64,000 nt of DNA from Octopus sinensis (taxonomy: Eukaryota): contig NC_043019.1 of assembly GCF_006345805.1 (NCBI RefSeq), positions 1,798,001 through 1,862,000 of the forward strand, written 5' to 3'. Shown one piece after another: positions 26,312-39,354 of the stretch (the first letter of the stretch is position 1; each line of letters opens with the position of its first letter). The position numbers were made by a program, and so were the translations under genes. The notes below the pieces were generated by a model. That model was not told where the DNA came from. It saw only the letters and a list, made by a program, of their open reading frames with translations, and made no database searches.

Positions 26312-26655
26312 TACATACATACATACATACATACATACATTCATGATGGCTGCCCCCTCGTTATCGGGTATGCCCATTGCACGAAGATCTACAATGCGGG
26401 ATGAAAAACAAAACCCGTCAAGGGGTGGAGGAACTCTTGAGAGTCAACGGCCAACCAATAAATGTGTAATTATATATTTACTGTATATCTGCCTTTTTCT
26501 CACTAATTTTTATATATTGTATATTTTTATAGCTTGCTCATTATATGAATTTTTATACACTTCACATCATATATTTTATTTATATTTTGTATAACATACA
26601 TACATACATATATTCATACATACATACATACATATATACATATATACTTACATAC

Positions 26656-26712
<57 letters not shown>

Positions 26713-26831
26713 TATATATATTATATATACAAACAAATATTATATAGTCTATTGACTATTTTTCCTTTCTCACTTGACCGCTGGTAGCGGAGAATTTTTC
26801 TAGAATTTTTTGCTACCCTAAAATTTATTAA

Positions 26832-26880
<49 letters not shown>

Positions 26881-26949
26881 GGGAATAAATCCAAATTTAC
26901 AGGGAAAATCTGATTTAGGATTGAATCCAATTTTATAGTAAAATATTAT

Positions 26950-27286
26950 ATTATATTAATTAGAGACAAAACCACTATTATGCAAATCAAACAAAGAAAG
27001 ACTTAAGCCAATACATAAAATAATTTATATAAATTAAGATTTAACAATTATGAATAACGACTACGATCGTTTCGTGTCAGCACATCTTTGAGACATTCTT
27101 CAGGTGGTTTCAAAACCTTCTTGGCAAGTTTTAAACCACCTGAAGAATGTCTCAAAGATGTGCTGACACGAAATGATCGTAGTGGTTATTTATAATTGTT
27201 AAATTTTAATTTATATAAATTATTTTATGTATTGGCTTAAGTCTTTCTTTGTTTGATTTGCATAATAGTGGTTTTGTCTCTAATTA

Positions 27287-27298
<12 letters not shown>
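26950..27298. repeat. About 350-bp PLE-type hairpin with an HHR on each arm
   Basis: Arms at about 26950-27112 and 27131-27298 are near-perfect reverse complements; same family as 61010-61230. Confidence 0.88.
27134..27187 (+). ncRNA. Type I hammerhead motif (mirror copy on minus at 27056-27109)
   Basis: AACCAC-CTGAAGA-A-TGTC..GACA-C-GAAA-TGATCG-TA-GTGGTT: 6-bp stem I, GUA triplet; the minus copy has palindromic ACGATCGT. Confidence 0.72.
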
Positions 27299-27329
<31 letters not shown>

Positions 27330-27364
27330 TATATTATATATATATATATTATATATATATATAT

Positions 27365-28150
27365 GCGATGGACTTCATTCAGTTTCCGTCTACCAAATCC
27401 ACAAGTCTCTGCCCAGCCCGAGGCCGTAGTAGAAATCACCTGCCTAAAGTGTCACGCAGTGGGACGGAGCCCCAAACTATGTGGTTGGGAAGCGACTTAC
27501 CACACAGCCGCGCCTGCAAGCTGGAAAATAAATTGCAATAATAACCCGAGAATCATAGGGGCGTCAGACAAAAGTCATCACTTTGAGTTCAAGCTCCGCC
27601 GAGGTCTCCTTCGTTACTTATATTTCAAGAATTTTTATTTGGTATTTTGGGGCGCCGCCTTGATGGATTTACTCGAACAAATAGTCTCTAGTACTTCTAT
27701 ACATTTTAAAAAGTCTGGTACATATTCTATGGTTTTTTTTTTTTACCCGAGCTGCTAAGTTACAGAGACGTAAACAAATCGGCACTGGTTTTCAAGTGGT
27801 GGTGGAGGACAAACACAAACACATAGACACAGGCACGTATACATGTAAATATATACATCTATATAGATATATAGGAATGTACACACATGTGTGTGCGTGT
27901 GTGAGTGTGTGTGTACATGTATGTATGTATCCATGTATGTACGTATTTATTTATGTATGTATGTATGTATGTATGTATGTATGCATGTATGTATGTATAT
28001 ATGTATGTATTCGACCTCTTTTAGCTTCCGTCTACCAAATTCAATTACAAATCACTGGTTGGTCCGAGGCTACAGAAAATACTTACCCAGAGTGCCACGT
28101 AGTGGGTCTGAACCTGAAACCACGTGGCTGGGGAGGTATCATCTTACCAT
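27365..28150 (-). mobile_element. Cluster of degenerate SINE family B halves
   Basis: cagtttccgtctaccaaat..cacgcagtggg at 27380-27515 and 28020-28150; the 3' half is at about 27640-27830. Confidence 0.6.
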
Positions 28151-28790
28151 ACAAAGAGTAAGAGTAAGTCAAGTTAGATTTATTGATACAAGTGACTGTA
28201 CGAGAAGAAATATTCCAATAAGAAAGATTCTTGTATTAATACATACCCCGAATAAACAAATGATCTAACAATTTATTCTTTTAAGACTCACTGATGTAAG
28301 AAACGAATAGACACTTCTAAAAGAAGCACAAATCACCAAGTTTAAATGTAGGGTGTGGAAGCAATAATTGTTATACATGTTTGTGGGCGAAAGCTGGATG
28401 AAAGGCGTTCGAAGAATTTTATTCATGGAGCGTCAGCGCAGATGCAAGTCATCATGAAAAGTTAAAGGGAGCACAAAAATTTGACATGTGGTGCAGCAAT
28501 ATAGAACTTTACTCCTGTTTCGAACATCGGTGAATTAAGAGATAAGATCAGGGATTGAGATAAACGAAGAAAATCGTCTCTCAAATTGAGACTTTGTGCC
28601 TATGTAGGATAGTAAAATATAGTTATATATCTGGGCTCAAATTTCGCCATGATCGACTTTGCCTTTCGGTGCCGATAAACTAAATACCAATTGAACACTA
28701 GGGTCCATATAATCGACTAGGACCCTCCCCAAAACACCTGGCCTTGTGCTAAAATTTGAATCCAATGTCTAGTAATATAAGGAAATATAT

Positions 28791-29188
28791 ACTATTTTAC
28801 TCTTTTACTTGTTTCAGTCATTTGACTGCAGCCATGCTGAAGCACCGCCTTTAGTCGAGCAAATCGACCCCGAGACTTATTCTTTGTAAGCCCAGTACTT
28901 ATTCTATCGGTCTCTTTTGCCGAACCGCTAGGTGACGGGGACGTAAACACACCAGCATCGGCTGTCAAGCAATGCTAGAGGGACAAACACAGACACACAA
29001 ACATATACACACACATACATATACATATATATACATATATACGACAGGCTTCTTTCAGTTTCCGTCTACCAAATCCACTCACAAGGCTTTGGTCGGCCCG
29101 AGGCTATAGCAGAAGACACTTGCCCAAGATGCCACGCAGTGGGACTGAACCCAGAACCACGTGGCTGGTTAGCAAGCTACTTACCACA
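28791..29188 (-). mobile_element. Near full-length SINE family B (young)
   Basis: Nearly identical to 47616-48097 and 6245-6637. Confidence 0.9.
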
Positions 29189-29599
29189 TGATAACTATAT
29201 TTTCATACATAATACTAGTCCAAAAATTGTGATATATAAGAAATGAAAAATAAATATTTAATATATAGCAATTGTACAAATATTATATTAGTTAAAGTGA
29301 AGTCGATGTATTATTTTGCAATGATTGTGGTATATTTATCAAAGTTTTGATAGTGAGTATACATATGCACATGCGTGCGTGTGTGTGTGTGTGTGTGTGT
29401 GAATGGGTATGTATTTGCTTGTGTGTGGAGGGAGGGTGCTTCCGTGGGTGTGCTTTTTAATTTTACATTAGAATCAATCAAAAAGCAAGTAAACAAAGAT
29501 GGAATCATTACTTTCAACAACTTTCTTATCGTTAATTATTTACTCAGACATCAGATATAAATCAATTCTAGACATTTATCGATTAATTATGTATGTAGG

Positions 29600-29687
29600 T
29601 ATAATATATATGTGTGTGTGTGTGTGTGTGTGAGTGAGTGTGTGTGTATGTGTGTAGACCTATACAAACACAAAATCGTGCATACTC

Positions 29688-29719
<32 letters not shown>

Positions 29720-29740
29720 TTATATACATATATATATCTA

Positions 29741-29824
<84 letters not shown>

Positions 29825-29869
29825 TATATGAGTATGCAGGATTGTGTGTTTGTATAGGTCTATACATAC

Positions 29870-29936
<67 letters not shown>

Positions 29937-29976
29937 TTACATACACAGTGCGGGAGAGTGAAAGAGACATAGATTT

Positions 29977-30014
<38 letters not shown>

Positions 30015-30016
30015 TT

Positions 30017-30062
<46 letters not shown>

Positions 30063-30220
30063 TAGATGGATAGATAGATAGACACAAACATATATATATC
30101 CAGATATTCATAAAATTCATACTTATATATGAAAGCATATATATAGATATCCGTCTGTATATCTATACATCAATACATACACACACACACACAAATATAT
30201 ATATATATATATATACATAT

Positions 30221-30273
<53 letters not shown>

Positions 30274-30310
30274 GTGTGTGTGTGTGTGTGTGTGTGTTTG
30301 TGTGTTCGTA
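29600..30310. repeat. Compound (TG)n/(TA)n/(GATA)n microsatellite
   Basis: Direct inspection. Confidence 0.9.
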
Positions 30311-30691
30311 CACATATGCATATACACATATGTGCGCGCACAGAACTATTCTATTTTTTTTATGTCTGCAGGAAAATAAAAACATAGAAAAAATTGAATG
30401 AAATAAAATCATTGACCTCGAAGAATGACCTTCTTCGTTCAAAAAGACTAAATGTCATTCTGGCCTGGAATTAAAAAGTAAAGAAAAATAAACAAATCAA
30501 TTTATTAGACTTACCAGAAAAAAACATAGATTTTCTATTACTTATTCGTTTATTTATTTTTCTGTTATTTACAACTCAATCTGAAAGACGGAATTTTAAC
30601 TCTGCCGCAGCTGATTGTCGCATGCAATATTTGAAACGCATATATAAATAAATATATAATATGAATCATATATATAAATAAATATATATAT

Positions 30692-30751
<60 letters not shown>

Positions 30752-31120
30752 CTAGCAGTATCACCCGGTGTTGCTTTAGAATTGGAATTTTTGAAAAGTA
30801 AAAATTTTACATTATGCAACTTGTCATTCTCTTCAAGTGAACATTTTCCCCGTTGAAATACACCGAAGAATGGTGACACAGCAGTAAAAAATCATGAAAA
30901 AATAGGGATTTTCATAGAAAATAAGACACCTTTTTGATGTATATAATCTTTGGTGTTAACATTGTCCGATTTTATCTTCTACAGAATAAAGAACAAGCCT
31001 TCTTCTATCATACTCTCAATTTTGGTCAACTTGCGCTGCAAGGTCTCGAAGGAGATAGTGTTAGCTGAAGGCTACACACAAGCTGCCACACACAGACAAC
31101 TTCAGCTTTATATATAGAGA
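30752..31120 (-). mobile_element. Non-autonomous Helitron
   Basis: Minus strand starts TCTCTATATATAAAG and ends gcaacaccgggtgatactgCTAG-t, matching the 3' end of 23599-23992. Confidence 0.8.
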
Positions 31121-31791
31121 TTTTCTTCACACAACTTTCGATCCTTAACAATGAAACTTGGTAGATCCAAAAGTTAAACACACAAACAAACAAGTTGAGT
31201 TTTATATATATAGATTTCTCAACGGGGATTTCAGGGGAGAGTTTCAGGGAGTCGCAGGCGATGTATCGGGATGATCAAAAATCCGGACTGCTAAAATTTG
31301 GTTAAAGTGATTCAAACTGCAGACTCAACGTAAAACGTTCACATTTAATTCAAAGCGTTAAAACAATATGAAAACAATTGGTATGTGTCCACAAAGTCCA
31401 AACGATTAATACGAAAAAGCTCTCCAGGCTACATCCCGAAAATTCATTTCTTCGGCGAATTTCTACAATGTTTACGGCGATTCGTTTTTATATCTTGATT
31501 TTTTATTTTTCATGCAATTTACGCATGCTAGCACGCGTGGTGAACACACTTCACGTCAAACAGCTGACTGAGTAATGTTCACTATTCAATGCATGGGATA
31601 AGGCCTAAATAAACACATTATCAATTTTTGCACTTGCGAGATGAATTTCGGAACAGAAATAGCGCAGTTCAATTTTCATTCGCCTAAACTTTAAGTGACC
31701 CATTTTACTGGTTCTACGATTTGCCGGCTAGGAGGAGATGTGCCGGGAAGTTAAACACAAAGACACACAAGTTGAGTTTTATATATATAGA
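31121..31791 (-). mobile_element. Additional Helitron 5' modules (TC starts at 31214 and 31791)
   Basis: a|TCTATATATATAAAACTCAACTTG occurs twice with no CTAG/hairpin end of its own found. Confidence 0.6.
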
Positions 31792-31793
31792 TA

Positions 31794-31898
<105 letters not shown>

Positions 31899-32329
31899 TG
31901 TGTGTACGTGTGTGTGTATCCGTTTCAAATATTGCATTATCATCATTAATGACAATAGGTTCTCGTTCCTAGCTGCTGGGGTGTGCTTGCCTCCCCTTCG
32001 CAAATATAAGGACACAGGAAATGTGTCAAAGCCGACAGGAAGCGTCGATGCTTCCTAGGGCTAAATAGCGGTGGTGTAATTCCCTTTACGTGACTGTCAC
32101 GTTATGTTGACAGTATACAACCACTCTATGGCTCCACCACCGCTCACGTCTCTTTGAGACATTTAGAAATTCAGTAATTCTAATAAGTTAATAATTTCTC
32201 ATTGATGATAATATTTTCGCCTGAGAAAGACAGATCTGCGACGTCTTACTGAACAACGTGTAGATATGATTTGCTTATTGCTATTAAGTATATGTTATTG
32301 TACGTTTGCTCGCCAGCACAATAAAGTTG

Positions 32330-32505
32330 ACGTTACCTGAATAGGTGTCACGGTGCACCGCACGTCAGGTGTAGGAGGGATTGCAGTGCAACTTGAGAAG
32401 ATGTGTTTTGCTCAACAACACGACACTCCACCCCGTACAGGGATTGAAACCACGATATAGCGATCGCAAGTGCAGTGACCTGACCACTAATCTATGCGCA
32501 CTCAC
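32330..32505 (-). mobile_element. Degenerate SINE family D-like copy
   Basis: ttgctcaacaacacgacac..ggattgaaacc..ctgaccactaatctatgcgcac. Confidence 0.5.
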
Positions 32506-32783
32506 CACCCAACGGTAATTTTACAAATACAGAACACGTATACAGACACTATATATATCATGAGTGTGTCTGTGTGTGTGTGCACATATAAAGGTCACCA
32601 AAGTCAACAAGGGCACTAATTAGCACCAGTATTGCTAGAAATAAGAGTCAAACAAATTAATAAGGACAAGAAATTGTATGTATTAATGCCTTTAGGTTGT
32701 AAAATTTTGAATTAGCCACCCATATTATTTATATATATACACACACATACACAAACATGTATACACAACACAGGTACACACAA

Positions 32784-32814
<31 letters not shown>

Positions 32815-32869
32815 TATATATATATATATATATAATATATATATATATATTATATATTCAAACATAAAT

Positions 32870-33200
32870 AATATTAGGGTAATAAAAATTATAGAAATTA
32901 TTATTACCAGTGGCCTAGCACAAAAAATTAGTCAATAGACTATATATTATTCACATAAAAATATCGTGTACATTAGAAAATATTAAGAGGCTTCTAAATA
33001 GGAAAGCCTTGTGCTAGAAAGAGTAGTAGAAAACTCAAACCACTAATTATGGATAAATTCTCGAAAGGATTGAAAATTAAAAACGTTTACCATCTAATTT
33101 AGATCCTAGACAATGGTTTCTACCTCATTCCAGTAAAAAAATATTTACTGAGGCTAGTTTTCGTCAGTAGAGAGCCTTTAGATTTCAAATATACACACAA
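32870..33200 (-). mobile_element. PLE pLTR-like fragment with a decayed HHR (33104-33172)
   Basis: Minus strand CTCTA-CTGACGA..CCTCA/TGAGG..GAAA-CCATTG-TC-TAGG; related to 35870-36130 and 36295-36360. Confidence 0.55.
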
Positions 33201-33218
33201 CTAGATTCGCATATATAC

Positions 33219-33249
<31 letters not shown>

Positions 33250-33998
33250 ATATATATATAATTATAAATGAGGGTGAAAAATCGATATTAATTTACTAAT
33301 ACCATTAATTTAACACCAAGTGGCTTAGCACAAAAAACTACGGAGAAAATACAAATTTATACATAAATTATTAGAGAGTTATCCACTATGTGGATAACTC
33401 TAGTGCTCAAAATAGCTCCGAAGCAACCACAGAAGATCTGTTTCCAACTAGAATCAACATACATTTAACGTAAGGAAAGTGAAATACAACGAATAAAATA
33501 GATTGACTCTATACAATTGTTTCATTACTAATGTAATATGTAGTTTTACTTACACTTACATCTATAAATCTCTCGGTAGAGTTGTCAGAAATGCAATTAA
33601 TTAGATCGATTCGAGCGTCAAAAGCACGAGCGGTCCAACCAATTACATTTTTAGTTATGTCTCAAATTCCGCGCCAAAAGCATGCCTAGACTCCATTGGA
33701 AACGTATGCCGCATCAAATAAAATATTGACTGCCGCGTAGTTAAATTTATAAAATTATAAATGAGGGTGAAAAATCGATATTAATTTACTAATACCATTA
33801 ATTTAACACCAAGTGGCTTAGCACAAAAAACTACGGAGAAAATACAAATTTATACATAAATTATTAGAGAGTTATCCACTATGTGGATAACTCTAGTGCT
33901 AAAAATAGCTCCGAAGCAACCACAGAAGATCTGTTTCCAACTAGAATCAACATACATTTAACGTAAGGAAAGTGAAATACAACGAATAAAATAGATTG

Positions 33999-34074
33999 AC
34001 TCTATACAATTGTTTCATTACTAATGTAATATGTAGTTTTACTTACACTTACATCTATAAATCTTCGGTAGAGT
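33999..34074 (-). ncRNA. Hammerhead motif, U4C variant (unit 2; unit 1 copy at 33506-33583 has a 1-nt insertion)
   Basis: ACTCTA-CCGAAGA-long stem II-GAAA-CAATTG-TA-TAGAGT. Confidence 0.62.
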
Positions 34075-35010
34075 TTGTCAGAAATGCAATTAATTAGATC
34101 GATTCGAGCGTCAAAAACACGAGCGGTCCAACCAATTACATTTTTAGTTATGTCTCAAATTCCGCGCCAAAAGCATGCCTAGACTCCATTGGAAACGTAT
34201 GCCGCATCAAATAAAATATTGACTGCCGCGTAGTTAAATTTATAAAATTATAAATGAGGGTGAAAAATCGATATTAATTTACTAATACCATTAATTAACA
34301 CCAAGTGGCTTAGCACAAAAAACTACGGAGAAAATACAAATTTATACATAAATTATTAGAGAGTTATCCACTATGTGGATAACTCTAGTGCTAAAAATAG
34401 CTCCGAAGCAACCACAGAAGATCTGTTTCCAACTAGAATCAACATACATTTAACGTAAGGAAAGTGAAATACAACGAATAAAATAGATTGACTCTATACA
34501 ATTGTTTCATTACTAATGTAATATGTAGTTTTACTTACATATGTATAAATTTGTATTTTCTCCGTAGTTTTTTGTGCTACAATTGTATAGAGTCAATCTA
34601 TTTTATTCGTTGTATTTCACTTTCCTTACGTTAAATGTATGTTGATCTAGTTGGAAACAGATCTTCTGTGGTTGCTTCGGAGCTATTTTTAGCACTAGAG
34701 TTATCCACATAGTGGATAACTCTCTAATAATTTATGTATAAATTTGTATTTTCTCTCCGTAGTTTTTTGTGCTAAGCCACTTGGTGTAAATTAATGGTAT
34801 TAGTAAATTAATATCGATTTTTCACCCTCATTTATAATTTTATAAATTTAACTACGCGGCAGTCAATATTTTATTTGATGCGGCATACGTTTCCAATGGA
34901 GTCTAGGCATGCTTTTGGCGCGGAATTTGAGACATAACTAAAAATGTAATTGGTTGGACCGCTCGTGTTTTTGACGCTCGAATCGATCTAATTAATTGCA
35001 TTTCTGACAA

Positions 35011-35086
35011 ACTCTACCGAAGATTTATAGATGTAAGTGTAAGTAAAACTACATATTACATTAGTAATGAAACAATTGTATAGAGT
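35011..35086 (+). ncRNA. Hammerhead motif, U4C variant (inverted arm)
   Basis: 6-bp stem I ACTCTA/TAGAGT, core CCGAAGA, palindromic stem III ACAATTGT, GUA triplet. Confidence 0.62.
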
Positions 35087-35336
35087 CAATCTATTTTATT
35101 CGTTGTATTTCACTTTCCTTACGTTAAATGTATGTTGATTCTAGTTGGAAACAGATCTTCTGTGGTTGCTTCGGAGCTATTTTTAGCACTAGAGTTATCC
35201 ACATAGTGGATAACTCTCTAATAATTTATATATATATATATTATATATATATATATAATATATATATATATATGGAAGACTACCTGCAATTTTCTTTTCC
35301 CTCTTTCCTCACGTCTCGGATCTTTCTTTCTCCTAT

Positions 35337-35371
35337 GTTTCCGACGAAGAGCTCCGCTCGAAACGTCATAC
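35337..35371 (+). ncRNA. Minimal hammerhead motif, degenerate
   Basis: GTTT-CCGACGA-A-GAG-CTCCG-CTC-GAAA-CG-TC-ATAC. Confidence 0.45.
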
Positions 35372-35463
35372 CCTCCTTCTTCCATTTTCCTGAGCGCCTA
35401 ATAATAATAATACTGTAATTGTTCCACGTGCTGTTGTTTTTTTCTGTTTTCCCGTTTGGATTA

Positions 35464-35504
<41 letters not shown>

Positions 35505-35560
35505 GTTTAAATACTTGTTGTGCAAGATTTTTTATGTGAAGTCGTGTGTTGAAACAGGTA

Positions 35561-35813
35561 TTGTTATATTTCGGAATGGTCATTTTGCCAGTTTAGCCCA
35601 AAAAATGGCTGACGGTTAGTAAGGAGAGACACAAATAAGTAAGATGAAAACAAAGGACCACTGATGCGGTCACAGGAGTGTGACGAAAGAATTCTGGCCG
35701 AAATAAGATTAAGATTAATGTAAAAAATAAATAACACCGACGGAAAGTAACACCAAATATATAGTGCGTGTGTTTTTATTGGCTAAACTGGCAAAATGAC
35801 CATTCCGAAATAT

Positions 35814-35818
<5 letters not shown>
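35561..35818. repeat. PLE-type fragment bounded by about 38-bp inverted repeats with an internal decayed HHR (35655-35699)
   Basis: ttgttatatttcggaatggtcattttgccagtttagcc is mirrored at 35781-35818; GGACCA-CTGATGC-G-GTCAC..GTGAC-GAAA-GAATTC-T. Confidence 0.65.
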
Positions 35819-35869
<51 letters not shown>

Positions 35870-36784
35870 AATATAAAGGGTAGGAATATTATAGAAATTT
35901 TCCTACCAGTTGCCTAACATGCAGCAAATAGTCAATAGACGATATATTATTCATATAAAATTAGTGTACATTTAAACACATAAGAGGTGCCATGATAGGA
36001 AAACTAACATGCTAGAAGGACCAGTCAAAATCCAAACCATAGTTAGGGGTAATTTCGAAGCGAATGAAAAGTAAAGACATTTAACATATTTTGTTACCGG
36101 ACCAAAGTTTCGAACATTAATTAGCAAATAAAATAATTTGCCTGGCGACGTACGCCAAAGATTAACATAGAATTATAAGGCAAAATAGCGCATATCTCAT
36201 CTATATGTGTTATAATTCTTCAAATCCACAGCGCAAGCGCAGAGTTTGTCGGCAGCAAAAAGGATGTTAATTTACTTCAAAATTACTAAAATCATATTAG
36301 GAAAAATATACAGGGTAGGAAAATTATAGAAAATTTTATACCAGCGGCCTAGCATGCCAGGTGTCCTGTCAGCGTTCCTCTTATGTATTTATATGTAGAC
36401 TAATTTTATATGTGTGTATGTGTGTGTGTGTGCATGTGTGTGTGTGTGTGTAAATCTGATCAACTGTCAAATTGTGAATAACCATATAATTTAACACTAT
36501 AAACACGCGTCTCGAAGTAAACCGACAGAAAATTTCTAAAAAATTCCATTATTACCGTTATTAACAATTTGTCTTTTCGGCATATTTGGCATTAGAATTT
36601 TTTTCTTTTGCCCTTGTTTATAAGTTGTTTATATATATATATATATAAACAAATATATACATAAAATATATATAAAAAATATATGATAGAAGGTATGATG
36701 AGGTAAAAAACCTTCTTGGGACATAACATAGAAAGCATGTTCTATCTGTCTTCTTTAGGGGACCAAAAACGTAACAGAAATTTA

Positions 36785-37010
36785 GTCACATAGGCATGAT
36801 CCGAAAAGTTCTGTCCTTGAATTTAGACATGTAGTAGGGTCTAAGCTGCTTTTCCAGATAAGCCATCTCTCCATGTCGCATAGACTGCGCCTTCCGCAGC
36901 CGTTGGTATAGGGCTTACGTTTGGCCCAAATCTTCCAACGTATGTTATAATCGACACCTTTATCTCTTAAAGACCAAATATGATTAGATAATTGTGTCGC
37001 TTTTCTTTTG
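36785..37010 (-). pseudogene. Penelope-like element GIY-YIG endonuclease C-terminal remnant
   Basis: [56 protein letters not shown] matches the recalled PLE C-terminal pattern (LSxHIWxLK..I.W.I..Y..C.LC..E..LNxRxEL..C). Confidence 0.8.
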
Positions 37011-37028
37011 TTACACACACACACACAC

Positions 37029-37136
<108 letters not shown>

Positions 37137-37203
37137 ATATATATATATATATAATATATATATATATGTATATATCATATTATGTTATATTATATAAGCA
37201 AAT

Positions 37204-37472
37204 GCAGTGTGGAAAGTGTTTATAAGCCATTTAAAAACACAAAACCTGTTAGATTCACTTCAACATTTAAATTTAATTTGCCAAAACATCTTCGTCGCTT
37301 TGCGACCGTGATGTTTTCGCTCGTAAAACTCGGTGCTGCATCTCAATGAATATTGAACAGGTCGCGATCTCAAAGCGACGAAAATATTTTGGCATATTAA
37401 ATTTAAATGTTGAAATGAATCTAACGCTGTTTGTGTGTCTTTAAATGGCTTATAAACATCTTCCACGCTGCA
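37204..37472. repeat. About 270-bp PLE-type hairpin
   Basis: Arms gtggaaagtgtttataagccatttaaa.. / ..tttaaatggcttataaacatcttccac; same family as 55347-55565. Confidence 0.8.
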
Positions 37473-38286
37473 ACATTTTTTCTTTTCAGCACACGATCTC
37501 AGAGCAGGTCAGTTGCTATGTATGTACATCTCCGTAATTATATTATATTATATTATATTATATTATATATATATATTATATGTATGTATATATAAGTTCA
37601 GTAAAATTTAGATTCTGTTCAATATGGTACTTTAGTTAAAGGCACCAGAATTTAGTATGATATATATATATATATATGCACATACATACATACAAACATA
37701 CATCCAAACATACATACATATCTACAAGTAGATTTTCATGGAACAAATCCATCCCAATACTTTTCTATCTCAGTTTCGTCCTTATTCTATGGGGGTCGTT
37801 TTTGCTGAAGCGCTAAGTTAAGGGAATTAACCAAGCCAACATGGTTGCCAAACTGTGTTGGAGGACAAACACAAGCATAAACACACACATACATACACAC
37901 CCACAACACATGCTTCTTTCGAGTTTCCTTCTACGAAATCCACTCACACGGCTCCTGTCGCCCGGGAGTATAGTAGAAGACTCTTTCCCCTCTTGCAACG
38001 ACGTAGAACACATACTCAAAAGATGTGGTTGTGATGCAATCTTCTTACAGCCCAGCCACGCTTGCGCATATCAGTACTAAATACTAAGTACTAAGCTAGA
38101 CTTTGCTTAACTTTCGTGGTCGTTCCACGACTGGTACTTTCAACGAAACTTGACATGGGTTTACATAATCATATATACGCATGGGAATATGCATGTCTAA
38201 TCGTGAGCATGTGTGTGCATGTATCTGTGTGTTTATGTGTCTGTCTGTTTCTATGTATGCTTTTCTGAATACGTATGTCAACGTGT

Positions 38287-38588
38287 AGTGGAGGCACATG
38301 GCCTAGTGGTTAGAGCAGTGGACTCGCGGTCGAGGGATCGCGGGTTCGAATCTCAGACCGGGTGATGTGTGTGTGAAACACCTAAGCTCCACACGGCTCC
38401 GGCAGAGGGTAATGGCGAATTTCTGCTGACGCTTTCGCCACAACTTTCTCTCACTCTTTCCTCCTGCATCTTGCAGCCCACCTGCGACGGACCGGCGTCC
38501 CGTCCAGGTGGGGAACCTGTACCCCAAGGAAACCGGAAAACCGGCTCTTATGAGCCAGACATGGCTCGAGAAGGAACAAACAAACAAC
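38287..38588 (+). mobile_element. Full-length SINE family C with 12-bp TSD
   Basis: A-box tggcctagtggttagagc, B-box GGTTCGAATCTC, (AAAC)n tail; TSD atgtcaacgtgt at 38275-38286 and 38589-38600. Confidence 0.92.
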
Positions 38589-39354
38589 ATGTCAACGTGT
38601 GGAGAGAACCGGTGCATTTGAATAGTATGCTATATCTATGATCCAACTGAGTTATCTCTCCTTACTTCAATTGTTCTCTTTTTACATATGTTGTCTTACC
38701 AAAAAAAAAAGACTATGAAAACATACCAGACAAAAATAATGGCCGTCGATATAATTGATCATAACTCTTCATGTCGGTGCCCTGTTGACTGAAAGCAGTC
38801 AAGTAAAAGATCAAAGAAATATGTCTGCACAGTAGTATGTTGGTCCTCGAACCGCTCCACCGACACACATATTGTATTGGTACTAAAAGTACTAATCGGA
38901 AAGTTTTTAAAAATAACACTGAAAAAAAAAAGATAATAAAATGTCTACCACAGTTTTCTGCAATGTGAACAACAACTGCGTAATAAAGCCACGGGAACAA
39001 CTGAATCAACAGCGATAACTTATACTCAAAGAATAACAGTGACAGCAATAAAGATAAACGGTTCTAGCAATAGAAAAACGGGAGCGAAAAACAAAAAAAG
39101 AATAATGACAATGACATTCAAAAGAAGCCAAAAATATAATTCTAAGAAAGCTATATTTATGACCCGAGTTGGTTGTGTTATTTATTGAATGGTCTTTTAG
39201 CATAGCAGCGAATTAGATCGAAACGATTGTCTCTGAGGAATTGGATATCAGATATTTTACGTTTGGGTGTGGAGTTGGGCTTTTGGGGGGTTATATGTTT
39301 TTTTTGTTGTTATTATTTCATTTTATCTTTCTTTGAGACATTCATATTTTATTA

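Larger units (their letters stand above)
33264..35228. repeat. Tandem-plus-inverted array of a 493-bp unit (PLE pLTR/retrozyme-like)
   Basis: Forward units start at 33264, 33757 and 34250 (third truncated at about 34540); rearranged reverse arm at 34541-35228. Confidence 0.9.

Noticed and set aside
36690-36780. HHR-like remnants next to the GIY-YIG fragment, on both strands
   Set aside because: Several core positions are broken (CTAAAGA, no GAAA), too degenerate to call.
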